Shown here piece after piece: positions 39,601 through 52,930 of a DNA stretch of 64,000 bases (positions are counted from its first letter, which is position 1; each line of letters begins with the position of its first letter). The position numbers and the translations under genes were made by a program. The notes beneath the pieces are model-generated. The model was given only the letters and a program-made list of their open reading frames with translations, made no database searches and was not told where the DNA came from. This stretch comes from Camelus dromedarius. Taxonomy: Eukaryota. The stretch is from contig NC_087436.1 in NCBI RefSeq assembly GCF_036321535.1, positions 2,294,001 to 2,358,000 on the forward strand. The letters run 5' to 3'.

Positions 39601-42600
39601 TCAGAACTGAGCAAGTGGAGAGACGTTCGTTCATCTAGCACAAGGGAACGGTTTGCAGGAGAAACTTTTTCTCTGCTTTCTCAGTCTGTTTCCTGTTGCC
39701 GGTTTAAAGTTCCTGCAGTTTTCACTGTAAAACCGAGTTTGAGGTAGTACCTCCCCATATATATGTATGGAGTGGAGTTTGCAACTGAAAAGAAAGTTTG
39801 TGTTCCCAACAAGCTATGTGAAGGACGGCTTTCACACACACTTATCTCTTAGTACTGAGCATGTGGAGAGACGTTCGTTCATCTAGCAAAAATGGAATGG
39901 GATGCAGGAAAAACTTTTACTCTGGTTTCTCAGTCTGTTTCCTAGTGCCGGTTTGAAATTCCTGCAGTTTTCACTGTAAAACCGAGTTGGAGCTAGTACC
40001 TCCCCAAATATATGTATGGAGTGGGGTTTGCAAGTGAAAAGAAACTTTGTCTTCCCAAAAAGCTGGTTGAAGGACGGCTTTCACACACACTTATCTCTCA
40101 GAACTGAGCATGTGGAGAGACGTTCGTTCTTCTAGCAAAAATGGAACGGTTTGCAGGAGAAACTTTACTCTGGTTTCTCAGTCTGTTTCCTAGTGCCGGT
40201 TTGAAGTTCCTGCAGTTTTCACTGTAAAACCGAGTTGGAGCTAGTACCTCCCCATATATATGTATGGAGTGGAGTTTGCAACTGAAAGGAACTTTGTGTT
40301 CCCAAGGAGATAGGTGAAGGACGGAATTAACACACACTTATATCTCAGAACTGAGCATGTGGAGAGATGTTCGTTCAACTAGCACAAAGGGAACGGGTTG
40401 CAGGAGAAACTTTTACTCTGGTTTCTCAGTCTGTTTCCTAGTGCAGGTTTGAAGTTCCTGAAGTTTTCACTGTAAAACAGAGTTGGAGGTTGTACCACCC
40501 CTTATATATGTATGGAGTGGAGTTTGTAAGTGAAAAGAAACTTTGTGTTCCCAACAATCTAGGTGAAGGACGGCTTTCACACACACTTATCTCTCAGAAC
40601 TTAGCATGTGGAGAGACGTTCGTTCATCTAGCAAAAAGGGAACGGGTTGCAGGTGAAACTTTACTCTGGTATCTCAGTCTGTTTCCCAGTGCCGGTTTCA
40701 AGTTCCTGCAGTTTTCACTGTAAAACCGAGTTGGAGCTTGTACATCCCCATATATATGTATGGAGTGGAGTTTGCAAGTGAAAAAAACTTTGTGTTCCCA
40801 ACAAGCTAGGTGAAGGACGGCTTTCAAACACACTTATCTCTCAGAACTGAGCATGTATAGAGACGTTCGTTCATCTAACACAAAGGGAACGGGTTGCAGG
40901 AGAAACTTTACTCTGGTTTCTCAGTCTGTTTCCTAGTGACGGTTTGAAGTTCCTGCAGTTTTCACTATAAAATCGAGTTGGAGCTAGTACCTCCCCATAT
41001 ATATGTATGGAGTTTAGTTTGAAATTGAAAAGAAACTTTGTGTTCACAAGAAGCTATGTGAAGGACGGCTTTCACACACACTTATTTCTCAGAACTGAGC
41101 ATGTGGAGAGACTTTCGTTCATGTACCACAAAGGGAACGGGTTGCAGGAGAAACTTTTTCTCTGGTTTCTCAGTCTGTTTCCTGTTGCCGGTTTGAAGTT
41201 CCTGCAGTTTTCACTGTACAACCGAATTGGTGCTAGTACCTCCCCATATATATGTATTGAGTGGAGTTTCAACTGAAAAGAAACTTTGTGTTCCCAAGAG
41301 GCTAGGTGAAGGACGGCTTTCACACACACTTATCTCTCTGAACTGACAATGTGTAGAGATCTTCGTTCATCTAGCACAAAGGGAACGGGTTGCAGGAGAA
41401 TGTTTTCTCTGTTTTCTCAGTCTGTTTCCTAGTGCCGGTTTGAAATTCCTGCAGTTTTCACTGTAAAACTGAGGTGGATCTAGTACCTCCCCATATATAT
41501 GTATGGAGTGGAGTTTGGAACTGAAAAGAAACTTTGTGTTACCAACAAGCTAGGTCAAGTACGGCTTTCACACACAATTATCTCTCAGAACTGAGCAAGT
41601 GGAGAGACGTTCGTTCATCTAGCAAAAAGGGAACGGGTTGCAGGAGAAACTTTTACTCTGGTTTCTCAGTCTGTTTCCTAGTGCCGGTTTGACGTTCCTG
41701 CAGTTTTCACTGTAAAACCGAGTTTGAGGTAGTACCTCCCCATATATATGTATGGGGTGGAGTTTGCAACTGAAAAGAAAGTTTGTGTTCCCAACAAGCT
41801 AGGTGAAGGACGGCTTTCACACACACATATCTCTCAGTACTGAGCATGTGGAGAGACGTTCGTTCATCTAGCAAAAATGGAATGGGATGCAGGAGAAACT
41901 TTTACTCTGGTTTCTCAGTCTGTTTCCTAGTGCCGGTTTGAAGTTCCTGCAGTTTTCACTGTAAAACCGAGTTGGAGCTAGTACATCCCCAAATATATGT
42001 ATGGAGTGGGGTTTGCAAGTGAAAGAAACTTTGTGTTCCCAAAAAGCTGGTTGAAGGACGGCTTTCACACACACTTATCTCTCAGAACTGAGCATGTGGA
42101 GAGACGTTCGTTCTTATAGCAAAAATGGAACGGTTTGCAGGAGAAACTTTACTCTGGTTTCTCAGTCTGTTTCCTAGTGCTGGTTTGAACTTCCTGAAGT
42201 TTTCACTGTAAAACCTAGTTGGAGCTAGTACCTCCCCATATATATGTATGGAGTTTAGTTTGCAAGTGAAAAGAAACTTTGTGTTCCCAAGAAGCTACGT
42301 GAAGGACGGCTTTCACACACACTTATCTCTCAGAACTGAGCATGTGGAGAGACGTTCGTTCATCTAGCACAAAGGGAACGGGTTGCAGGAGAAACTTTTA
42401 CTCTGGTTTTTCAGTGTGTTTCCTAGTGTCGGTTTGAAGTTCCTGCAGGTTTCACTGTTAAATCGAGTTGGAGCTAGTACCTCCCCATATATATGTATGG
42501 AGATTAGTTTGCAATTGAAAAGAAACTTTGTGTTCCCAACAAGCTAGGTGAAGGACGGCTTTCACACACAATTATCTCTCAGAACTGAGCAAGTGGAGAG

Positions 42601-45600
42601 ACGTTCGTTCATCCAGCACAAAGGGAACGGTTTGCAGGAGAAACTTTTACTCTGGTTTCTCAGTCTGTTTCCTGTTGCCGGTTTAAAGTTCCTGCAGTTT
42701 TCACTGTAAAACCGTGTTGGAGCTAGTACCTCCCCATATATATGTATGGAGTGTAGTTTGCAACTGAAAGGAACTTTGTGTTCCCAAGAAGCTAGGTGAA
42801 AGTCGGCTTTCACACACATATTTCTCTGAGAACTGAGCATGTGGAGAGACGTTCGTTCATCTAGCAAAAAGGGAACGGGTTGCAGGAGAAACTTTTTCTC
42901 TGGTTCCTCAGTCTGTTTCCTGTTGCCGGTTTAAAGTTCCTGCAGTTTTCACTGTAAAACCGAGTTGGAGCTAGTACCTCCCCATATATATGTATGGAGT
43001 GTAGTTTGCAACTGAAAGGAACTTTCTGTTCCCAAGAAGCTAGGTGAAGGTCGGCTTTCACACACACTTATCTCTCAGAACTGAGCATGTGGAGAGACGT
43101 TCGTTCATCTAGCAAAAATGGATCGGGTTGCAGGAGAAACTTTACTCTGGTTTCTCAGTCTGTTTCCTAGTGCCGGTTTGAAGTTCCTGCAGTTTTCACT
43201 GTAAAACCGAGTTGGAGCTAGTACCTTCCCTTATATATGTATGGATTGGGGTTTGCAAGTGAAAAGAAACTTTGTGTTCCCAAAAAGCTGGTTGAAGGAC
43301 GGCTTTCACACACACTTATCTCTCAGAACTGAGCATGTGGAGAGACGATCGTTCATCTAGTACAAAGGGAACGGGTTGCAGGTGAAACTTTTTCTCTAGT
43401 TTCTCAGTCTGTTTCCTGTTGCCGGTTTAAATTTCCTGCAGTTTTCACTGTAAAACCGAGTTGGAGCTAGTACCTCCCCATATATATGTATGGATTGGGG
43501 TTTGCAAGTGAAAAGAAACTTTGTGTTCCCAAAAAGCTGGTTGAAGGACGGCTTTCACACACACTTATCTCTCAGAACTGAGCATGTGGGGAGACGATCG
43601 TTCATCTAGTACAAAGGGAACGGTTTGCAGGTGAAAATATTCTCTAGTTTCTCAGTCTGTTTCCTGTTGCCGGTTTAAAGTTCCTGCAGTTTTCACTGTA
43701 AAACCGAGTTGGAGCTAGTACCTCCCCATATATATGTATGGAGTGGAGTTTGCAACTGAAAGGAACTTTGTGTTCCCAAGAAGCTAGGTGAAGAATGGCT
43801 TTCACACACACTTATCTCTCAGAACTGAGCATGTGGAGAGACGTTCGTTCATCTAGCACAAAGGGAACGGGTTGCAGGAGAAACTTTTTCTCTGGTTCCT
43901 CAGTCTGTTTCCTGTTGCCGGTTTAAAGTTCCTGCAGTTTTCACTGTAAAACCGAGTTGGAGCTAGTACCTCCCCTTATATATGTATGGAGTGTAGTTTG
44001 CAACTGAAAGGAACTTTGTGTTCCCAAGAAGCTAGGTGAAGGTCGGCTTTCCCACACACTTATCTCTCAGAACTGAGCATGTGGAGAGACGTTCGTTCAT
44101 CTAGCACAAAGGGAACGGGTTGCAGGAGAAAATTTTACTCTGGTTTCTCAGTCTGTTTCCTAGTGACGGTTTGAAGTTCCTGCAGTTTTCACTGTAAAAT
44201 CGAGTTGGAGCTAGTACCTCCCCATATATATGTATGGAGTTTAGTTTGAAATTGAAAAGAAACTTTGTGTTCACAACAAGCTAGGTGAAGGACGGCTTTC
44301 ACACACACTTATCTCTCAGAACTGTGCATGTGGATAGACTTTCGTTCATCTACCACAAAGGGAACGGGTTGCAGGAGAAACTTTTTCTCTGGTTTCTCAG
44401 TCTGTTTCCTGTTGCCGGTTTGAAGTTCCTGCAGTTTTCACTGTACAACCGAATTGGTGCTAGTACCTCCCCATATATATGTATTGAGTGGAGTTTCAAC
44501 TGAAAAGAAACTTTGTGTTCCCAAGAGGCTAGGTGAAGGACGGCTTTCACACACACTTATCTCTCTGAACTGACAATGTGTAGAGATGTTCGTTCATCTA
44601 GCACAAAGGGAACGGGTTGCAGGAGAATGTTTTCTCTGTTTTCTCAGTCTGTTTCCTAGTGCCGGTTTGAAATTCCTGCAGTTTTCACTGTAAAACCGAG
44701 TTGGATCTAGTACCTCCCCATATATATGTATGGAGTGGAGTTTGGAACTGAAAAGAAACTTTGTGTTACCAACAAGCTAGGTCAAGTACGGCTTTCACAC
44801 ACAATTATCTCTCAGAACTGAGCAAGTTGAGAGAGGTTCGTTCATCTAGCAAAAAGGGAACGGGTTGCAGGAGAAACTTTTACTCTGGTTTCTCAGTCTG
44901 TTTCCTAGTGCCGGTTTGACGTTCCTGCAGTTTTCACTGTAAAACCGAGTTTGAGGTAGTACCTCCCCATATATATGTATGGGGTGGAGTTTGCAACTGA
45001 AAGGAAAGTTTGTGTTCCCAACAAGCTAGGTGAAGGACGGCTTTCACACACACATATCTCTCAGTACTTAGCATGTGGAGAGACGTTCGTTCATCTAGCA
45101 AAAATGGAATGGGATGCAGGAGAAACTTTTACTCTGGTTTCTCAGTCTGTTTCCTAGTGCCGGTTTGAAGTTCCTGCAGTTTTCACTGTAAAACCGAGTT
45201 GGAGCTAGTACCTCCCCAAATATATGTATGGAGTGGGGTTTGCAAGTGAAAAGTAACTTTGTGTTCCCAAAAAGCTGGTTGAAGAACGGCTTTCACACAC
45301 ACTTATCTCTCAGAACTGAGCATGTGGAGAGACGTTCGTTCTTCTAGCAAAAATGGAACGGTTTGCAGGAGAAACTTTACTCTGTTTTCTCAGTCTGTTT
45401 CCTACTGCCGGTTTGAAGTTCCTGCAGTTTTCACTGTAAAACAGAGTTGGAGCTAGTACCTCCCCATATATATATATGGAGGTTTGTTTGCAAGTGAAAA
45501 GAAACTTTGTGTTCCCAAGAAGCTACGTGAAGGACGGCTTTCACACACACTTATCTCTCAGAACTGAGCATGTGGAGAGACGTTCGTTCATCTAGCACAA

Positions 45601-48600
45601 AGGGAACGGGTTGCAGGAGAAACTTTTACTCTGGTTTCTCAGTCTGTTTCCTAGTGCCGGTTTGAAGTTCCAGCAGTTTTCACTGTAAAACCGAGTTGGA
45701 GCTTGTACCTCCCCATATATATGTATGGAGTGGAGTTTGCAAGTGAAAAGAAACTTTGTGTTCCCAACAAGCTAGGTGAAGGACGGCTTTCACACACACT
45801 TATCTCTCAGAACTAGGCATGTGGAGAGACGTTCGTTCATCTAGCAAAAAGGAAACGGGTTGCAGGAGAAACTTTACTCTGGTTTCTCAGTCTGTTTCCT
45901 AGTGCCGGTTTGAAGTTCCTGCAGTTTTCACTGTAAAACCGAGTTGGAGCTAGAACCTTCCCATATATATGTATGGAGTTAAGTTTGCAAGTGAAAAGAA
46001 ACTTTGTGTTCCCAAAAAGCTACGTGAAGGACGGCTTTCACACACACTTATCTCTCAGAACTGAGCATGTGGAGAGACGTTCGTTCATCTAGCACAAAGG
46101 GAACGGGTTGCAGGAGAAACTTTTACTCTGGTTTTTCAGTCTGTTTCCTAGTGTCGGTTTGAAGTTCCTGCAGTTTTCACTGTAAAATCGAGTTGGAGCT
46201 ATTACCTCCCCATATATATGTATGGAGATTTGTTTGCAATTGAAAAGAAAATTTGTGTTCCCAACAAGCTAGGTGAAGGACGGCTTTCGCACACAATTAT
46301 CTCTCAGAACTGAGCAAGTGGAGAGACGTTCGTTCATCTAGCACAAAGGGAACGTTTTGCAGGAGAAAATTTTTCTCTGGTTTCTCAATCTGTTTCCTGT
46401 AGCCGGGTTAAAGTTCCTGCAGTTTTCACTGTAAAACCGGGTTGGAGCTAGTACCTCCCCATATATATGTATGGAGTGTAGTTTGCAACTGAAAGGAACT
46501 TTGTGTTCCCAAGAAGCTAGGTGAAGTTCGGCTTTCACACACACTTATCTCTCAGAAATGAGCATGTGGAGAGACGTTCGTTCATCTAGCAAAAATGGAA
46601 CGGGTTGCAGGAGAAACTTTTACTCTGGTTTCTCAGTCTGTTTCCTAGTGCCGGTTTGACGTTCCTGCAGTTTTCACTGTATAACCGAGTTTGAGGTAGT
46701 ACCTCCCCATATATATGTATGGAGTGGAGTTTGCAACTGAAAAGAAAGTTTGTGTTCCCAACAAGCTAGGTGAAGGACGGCTTTCACACACACTTATCTC
46801 TCAGTACTGAGCATGTGGAGAGACGTTCGTTCATCTAGCAAAAATGGAATGGGATGCAGGAGAAACTTTTACTCTGGATTCTCAGTCTGTTTCCTGTTGC
46901 CGGTTTGAAGTTCCTGCAGTTTTCACTGTAAAACCGAGTTGGAGCTAGTACCTTCCCTTATATATGTATGGAGTGGGGTTTGCAAGTGAAAAGAAACTTT
47001 GCGTTCCCAAAAAGCTGGTTGAAGGACGGCTTTCACACACACTTATCTCTCAGAACTGAGCATGTGGAGAGACGTTCGTTCATCTAGCAAAAATGGAACG
47101 GGTTGCAGGAGAAACTTTACTCTGGTTTCTCAGTCTGTTTCCTAGTGCCGGTTTGAAGTTCCTGCAGTTTTCACTGTAAAACCGAGTTTGAGCTAGTACC
47201 TCCCCATATATATGTATGGAGTTTAGTTTGCAAGTGAAAAGAATCTTTGTGTCCGCAACAAGCTAGGTGAAGGACGGCTTTCACACACACTTATCTCTCA
47301 GAACTGAGCATGTGGAGAGACTTTCGTTCATCTAGCACAAAAGGAACGGGTTGAAGGGGAAACTTTTACTCTGGTTTCTCAGTCTGTTTCCTGTTGCCGG
47401 TTTGAAGTTCCTGCAGTTTTCACTGTACGACCGAGTTGGTGCTAGTACCTCCCCATATAAATGTATGGAGTGGAGTTTCAACTGAAAAGAAACTTTTTGT
47501 TCCCAAGAGGCTAGGTGAAGGACGGCTTTCACACACACTTATCTCTCTGAACTGAGCATGGGTAGAGAGCTTCGTTCATCTAGCACAAAGGGAACGGTTT
47601 GCAGGAGAAACTTACCTCTGTTTTCTCAGTCTGTTTCCTAGTGCCGGTTTCAAGTTCCTGCAGTTTTCACTGTAAAACCGAGTTGGAGCTAGTACCTCCC
47701 CATATATATGTATGGAGTGGAGTTTGAAACTGAAAAGAACTTTGTGTTCCCAAGAAGCTAGGTGAAGGACGGCTTTCACACACACTTATCTCTCAGAACT
47801 GAGCATGTGGAGAGACGTTCGTTCATCTAGCACAAAGGGAACGGGTTGCAGGAGAAACTTTTACTCTGGTTTCTCAGTCTGTTTCCTAGTGCCGGTTTGA
47901 AGTTCCTGCAGTTTTCACTGTAAAACCGAGTTGGAGCTTGTACCTCCCCATATATATGTATGGAGTGGAGTTTGCAAGTGAAAAGAAACTATGTGTTCCC
48001 AACATGCTGGTGAAGGACGGCTTTCAAACACACATATCTCTCACAACTGAGCATGTATAGAGACGTTCGTTCATCTAGCACAAAGTAACGTGTTGCAGGA
48101 GAAACTTTACTCTGGTTTCTCAGTCTGTTTCCGAGTGTCGGTTTGAAGTTCCTGCAGTTTTCACTGTAAAATCGAGTTGGAGCTAGTACCACCCCATATA
48201 TATGTATGGAGTTTAGTTTGAAATTGAAAAGAAACTTTGTGTTCACAACAAGCTAGATGAAGGACGGCATTCACACACACATAACTCTCAGAACTGAGCA
48301 TGTGGAGAGACTTTCGTTCATCTAGCACAAAGGGAACGGGTTGCAGGAGAAACTTTTACTCTGGTTTCTCAGTCTGTTTCCTGTTGCCGGTTTGAAGTTC
48401 CTGCAGTTTTCACTGTACAACCGAGTTGGTGCTAGTACTTCCCCATATATATGTATGGAGTGGAGTTTCAACTGAAAAGAAACTTTGTGTTCCCAAGAGG
48501 CTAGGTGAAGGACGGCTTTCACACACACTTATCTCTCTGAACTGACAATGTGTAGAGAGCTTCGTTCATCTAGCACAAAGGGAACGGTTTGCAGGAGAAA

Positions 48601-49300
48601 TTTTCTCTATTTTCTCAGTCTGTTTCCTAGTGCCGGTTTGAAATTCCTGCAGTTTTCACTGTAAAACCGAGTTGGATCTAGTACCTCCCCATATATATGT
48701 ATGGAGTGGAGTTTGCAACTGAAAAGAAACTTTGTGTTCCCAACAAGCTTGGTGAAGGGCGGCTTTCACACACAATTATCTCTCAGAACTGAGCAAGTGG
48801 AGAGACGTTCGTTCATCTAGCACAAAGGGAACTGTTTGCAGGAGAAACTTTTTCTCTGGTTTCTCAGTGTGTGTCCTGTTGCCGGTTTAAAGTTCCTGCA
48901 GTTTTCACTGTAAAACCGTGTTGGAGCTTGTACCTCCCCAAATAATTTTATGGAGTGGAGTTTGCAAGTGAAAAGAATCTTTGTGTTCCCAAAAAGCTAG
49001 TTGAAGGACGGCTTTCACACACACTTATCTCACAGAACTGAGCATGTGGAGAGACGTTCGTTCATCTAGCACAAAGGGAACGGTTTGCAGGTTAAACTTT
49101 TCTCATTTTTCTCAGTCTGTTTCCTAGTGCCGGTTTGAAGTTCCTGCAGTTTTCACTGTAAAACCGAGTTGGAGCTAGTTCTTCACCATATATATGTATA
49201 GAGTGGAGTTTGCAAGTGAAAAGAAACTTTGTGTTCCCAACAAGCTAGGTGAAGGACGGCTTTCACACACACTTATCTCTCAGAACTGAGCATGTGGAGA
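36661..49300 (+). repeat. More diverged satellite domain with recurring G-H-I variant triplet (8-, 8-, 13- and 16-monomer spacing)
   Basis: The triplet GAGTTTAGTTTGAAATTG / TACAACCG..GGTGC..CTGACAATG / GGATCTAGT recurs near 37.0, 39.0, 41.0, 44.2 and 48.2 kb. ORF offsets are 1985 (37090/39075), 3227 (41329/44556) and 3972 (44556/48528). Confidence 0.75.
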
Positions 49301-50939
49301 GACGTTCGTTCATCTAGCAAAAATGGAACGGGTTGCAGGAGAAACTTTTACTCTGGTTTCTCAGTCTGTTTCCTCTTGCCGGTTTAAAGTTCGTGCAGTT
49401 TTCACTGTAAAACCGAGTTGGAGCTAGTACCTCCCCATATATATGTATGGAGTGGAGTTTCAACTGAAAAGAAACTTTTTGTTCCCAAGAAGCTAGGTGA
49501 AGGTCGGCTTTCACACACACTTATCCCTCAGAACTGACCATGTGGAGAGACGTTCGTTCATCTAGAACAAAGGGAACGGGTTGCAGGGAAACTTTCACTC
49601 AGTTTTCTCTGTCTGTTTCCTAGTGCCAGTTTGAAATTCCTGCAGTTTTCACTGTTAAACCGAGTTGGAGCTAGTATCTCCCCATATATATATATGGATT
49701 GGAGTTTGCAAGTGAAAAGAAACTTTGTGTTCCTAACAAGCTAGGTGAAGGACGGCTTTCACACACACGTATCGCTCAGAACTGAGCATGTGGAGAGACG
49801 TTCGTTCATCTAGCACAAAGGGAACGGGTTGCAGGAGAAATTTTACTCTGGTTTGTCAGTCTGTTTCCTTGTGCCGGTTTGAAGTTCCTGCAGTTTTCAC
49901 TGTAAAACCGAGTTTGGGCTAGTACCTCCCCATATATATTTATGGAGAGGAGTTTGCAACTGAAAATAAACTTTGTGTTCCCAACAAGCTAGGTGAAGGA
50001 CGGCATTCACACACACTTATCTCTCAGAACTGAGAATGTGGAGAGACTTTCGTTCATCTAGCACAAATGGAACGGATTGCAGGAGAAAATTTTACTTTGG
50101 TTTCTCAGTCTGTTTCCTAGTGCCGGTTTGAAGTTCCTGCAATTTTCACTGTAAAAGAGAGTTGGGGCTAGTACCTCCCCATATATATGTATGGAGGGGA
50201 GTTTGCAACTGAAAAGAAACTTTGTGTTCCCAACAAGCTAGGTGAAGGACGGCTTTCACAAACACTTATTCCTGAGAACTAAGCATGTGGAGAGACGTTC
50301 GTTCATCTAACACAAATGGAACCGGTTGCAGGAGAAACTTTGTCTCATTTATCTCAATCTGTTTCCTAGTGCCGGTTAGAAGTTCCTGCAGTTTTCACTG
50401 TAAATCCGAGTTGGGGCTAGTACCTCCCCATATATATGTATGGAGTGGAGTTTGCAACTGAAAAGTAACTATGTGTTCCCAAAAAGCTAGCTGAAGGACG
50501 GCTTTCACACACACTAATCTCTCAAAACTGAGCATGTGGAGAGACGTTCGTTCATCTAGCACAAAGGGAACGGGTTGCAGGAGAAACTTTTACTCTGGTT
50601 TCTCAGTCTGTTTCCTGTTGCCAGTTTGAAGTTCCTGCAGTTTTCTCTTTAAAACCGAGTTGGAGCTAGTACCTCCCCATATATATGTATGGAGTGGAGT
50701 TTCAACTGAAAAGAATCTTTGTGTTCCCAACAAGCTAGGTGAAGGGCGGCTTTCACACACACTTATCTCTCAGAACTGAGCATGTGGAGAGACGTTCGTT
50801 CATCTAGCATAAAGGGAATGGGTTGCGGTAGTAAATTTGACTCTGGTTTCTCAGTCTGTTTCCTAGTGCCGGTTTGAAGTTCCTGCAATTTTCATTGTAA
50901 AACCGAGTTGGAGCTAGTACCTCCCTATATATATGTATG

Positions 50940-52930
50940 GAGTGGAGTTTGCAACTGAAAAGAAACTTTGTGTTCCAAACAAGCTAGGTGAAGTACGGCT
51001 TTCACCACACATATCTCTCAGAACTGAGCATGTGGAGAGAAGTTCGTTCATGTATCACAAAGGGAACGGGTTGCAGGAGAAACTTTTACTCTGGTTTCTC
51101 AGTCTTTTTCCTGTTGCCGGTTAGAAGTTCGTGCAGTTTTCACTGTAAAACCGAGTTGGAGCTAGCACCTCCCCATATATATGTATGGAGTGGAGTTTCA
51201 ACTGAAAAGAAACTTTTTGTTCCCAAGAAGCTAGGTGAAGGTCGGCTTTCACACACACTTATCACTCAGAACTGAGCATGTGGAGAGACGTTCGTTCATC
51301 TAGCACAAAAGGAACGGGTTGCAGGGTAACTTTTCACTCAGGTTTCTCAGTCTGTTTCCTAGTGCCAGTTTGAAGTTCCTGCAGTTTTCACTGTAAAACC
51401 GAGTTGGAGCTAGTATCTCCCCATATATATGTATGGATTGGAGTTTGCAAGTGAAAAGAAACTTTGTTTTCCTAACAAGCTAGGTGAAGGACGGCTTTCA
51501 CACACACTTATCTCTCAGAACTGAGCATGTGGAGAGACGTTCGTTCATCTAGCACAAAGGGAACGGGTTGCAGGGGAAACTTTTACTCTGGTTTGTCAGT
51601 CTGTTTCCTTGTGCCGGTTTGAAGTTCCTGCAGTTTTCACTGTAAAACAGAGTTGGGGCTAGTACTTCCCCATATATATTTATGGAGAGGAGTTTGCAAC
51701 TGAAAAGAAACTTTGTGTTCCCAACAAGCTAGGTGAAGGACGGCATTCACACACACTTATCTCTCAGAACTGAGAATGTGGAGAGACGTTCGTTCATCTA
51801 GCACAAATGGGACGGATTGCAGGAGAAAATTTTACTCTGGTTTCTCAGTCTATTTCCTAGTGCCGGTTTGAAGTTCCTGCAATTTTCACTGTAAAACAGA
51901 GTTGGGTCTAGTACCTTCCCATATATATGTATGGAGTAGAGTTTGCAACTGAAAAGAAACTTTGTGTTCCAAACAAGCTAGGTGAAGTACGGCTTTCACC
52001 ACACATATCTCTCAGAACTGAGCATGTGGAGAGAAGTTCGTTCATGTATCACAAAGGGAACGGGTTGCAGGAGAAACTTTTACTCTGGTTTCTCAGTCTT
52101 TTTCCTGTTGCCGGTTTGAAGTTCGTGCAGTTTTCACTGTAAAACCGAGTTGGAGCTAGCACCTCCCCATATATATGTATGGAGTGGAGTTTCAACTGAA
52201 AAGAAACTTTTTGTTCCCAAGAAGCTAGGTGAAGGTCGGCTTTCACACACACTTATCACTCAGAACTGAGCATGTGGAGAGACGTTCGTTCATCTAGCAC
52301 AAAAGGAACGGGTTGCAGGGTAACTTTTCACTCAGGTTTCTCAGTCTGTTTCCTAGTGCCAGTTTGAAGTTCCTGCAGTTTTCACTGTAAAACCGAGTTG
52401 GAGCTAGTATCTCCCCATATATATGTATGGATTGGAGTTTGCAAGTGAAAAGAAACTTTGTTTTCCTAACAAGCTAGGTGAAGGACGGCTTTCACACACA
52501 CTTATCTCTCAGAACTGAGCATGTGGAGAGACGTTCGTTCATCTAGCACAAAGGGAACGGGTTGCAGGGGAAACTTTTACTCTGGTTTGTCAGTCTGTTT
52601 CCTTGTGCCGGTTTGAAGTTCCTGCAGTTTTCACTGTAAAACAGAGTTGGGGCTAGTACTTCCCCATATATATTTATGGAGAGGAGTTTGCAACTGAAAA
52701 GAAACTTTGTATTCCCAACAAGCTAGGTGAAGGACGGCATTCACACACACTTATCTCTCAGAACTGAGAATGTGGAGAGACGTTCGTTCATCTAGCACAA
52801 ATGGGACGGATTGCAGGAGAAAATTTTACTCTGGTTTCTCAGTCTGTTTCCTAGTGCCGGTTTGAAGTTCCTGCAATTTTCACTGTAAAACAGAGTTGGG
52901 TCTAGTACCTTCCCATATATATGTATGGAG
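50940..52930 (+). repeat. Tandem duplication of a 4-monomer block (period 994 bp)
   Basis: Matching translations at 50933/51927. The private variants CCAAACAAG, TTCACCACAC, GGGTAACTT, GTTTGTCAG and AATGGGACGG each recur 994 bp apart. Confidence 0.9.
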
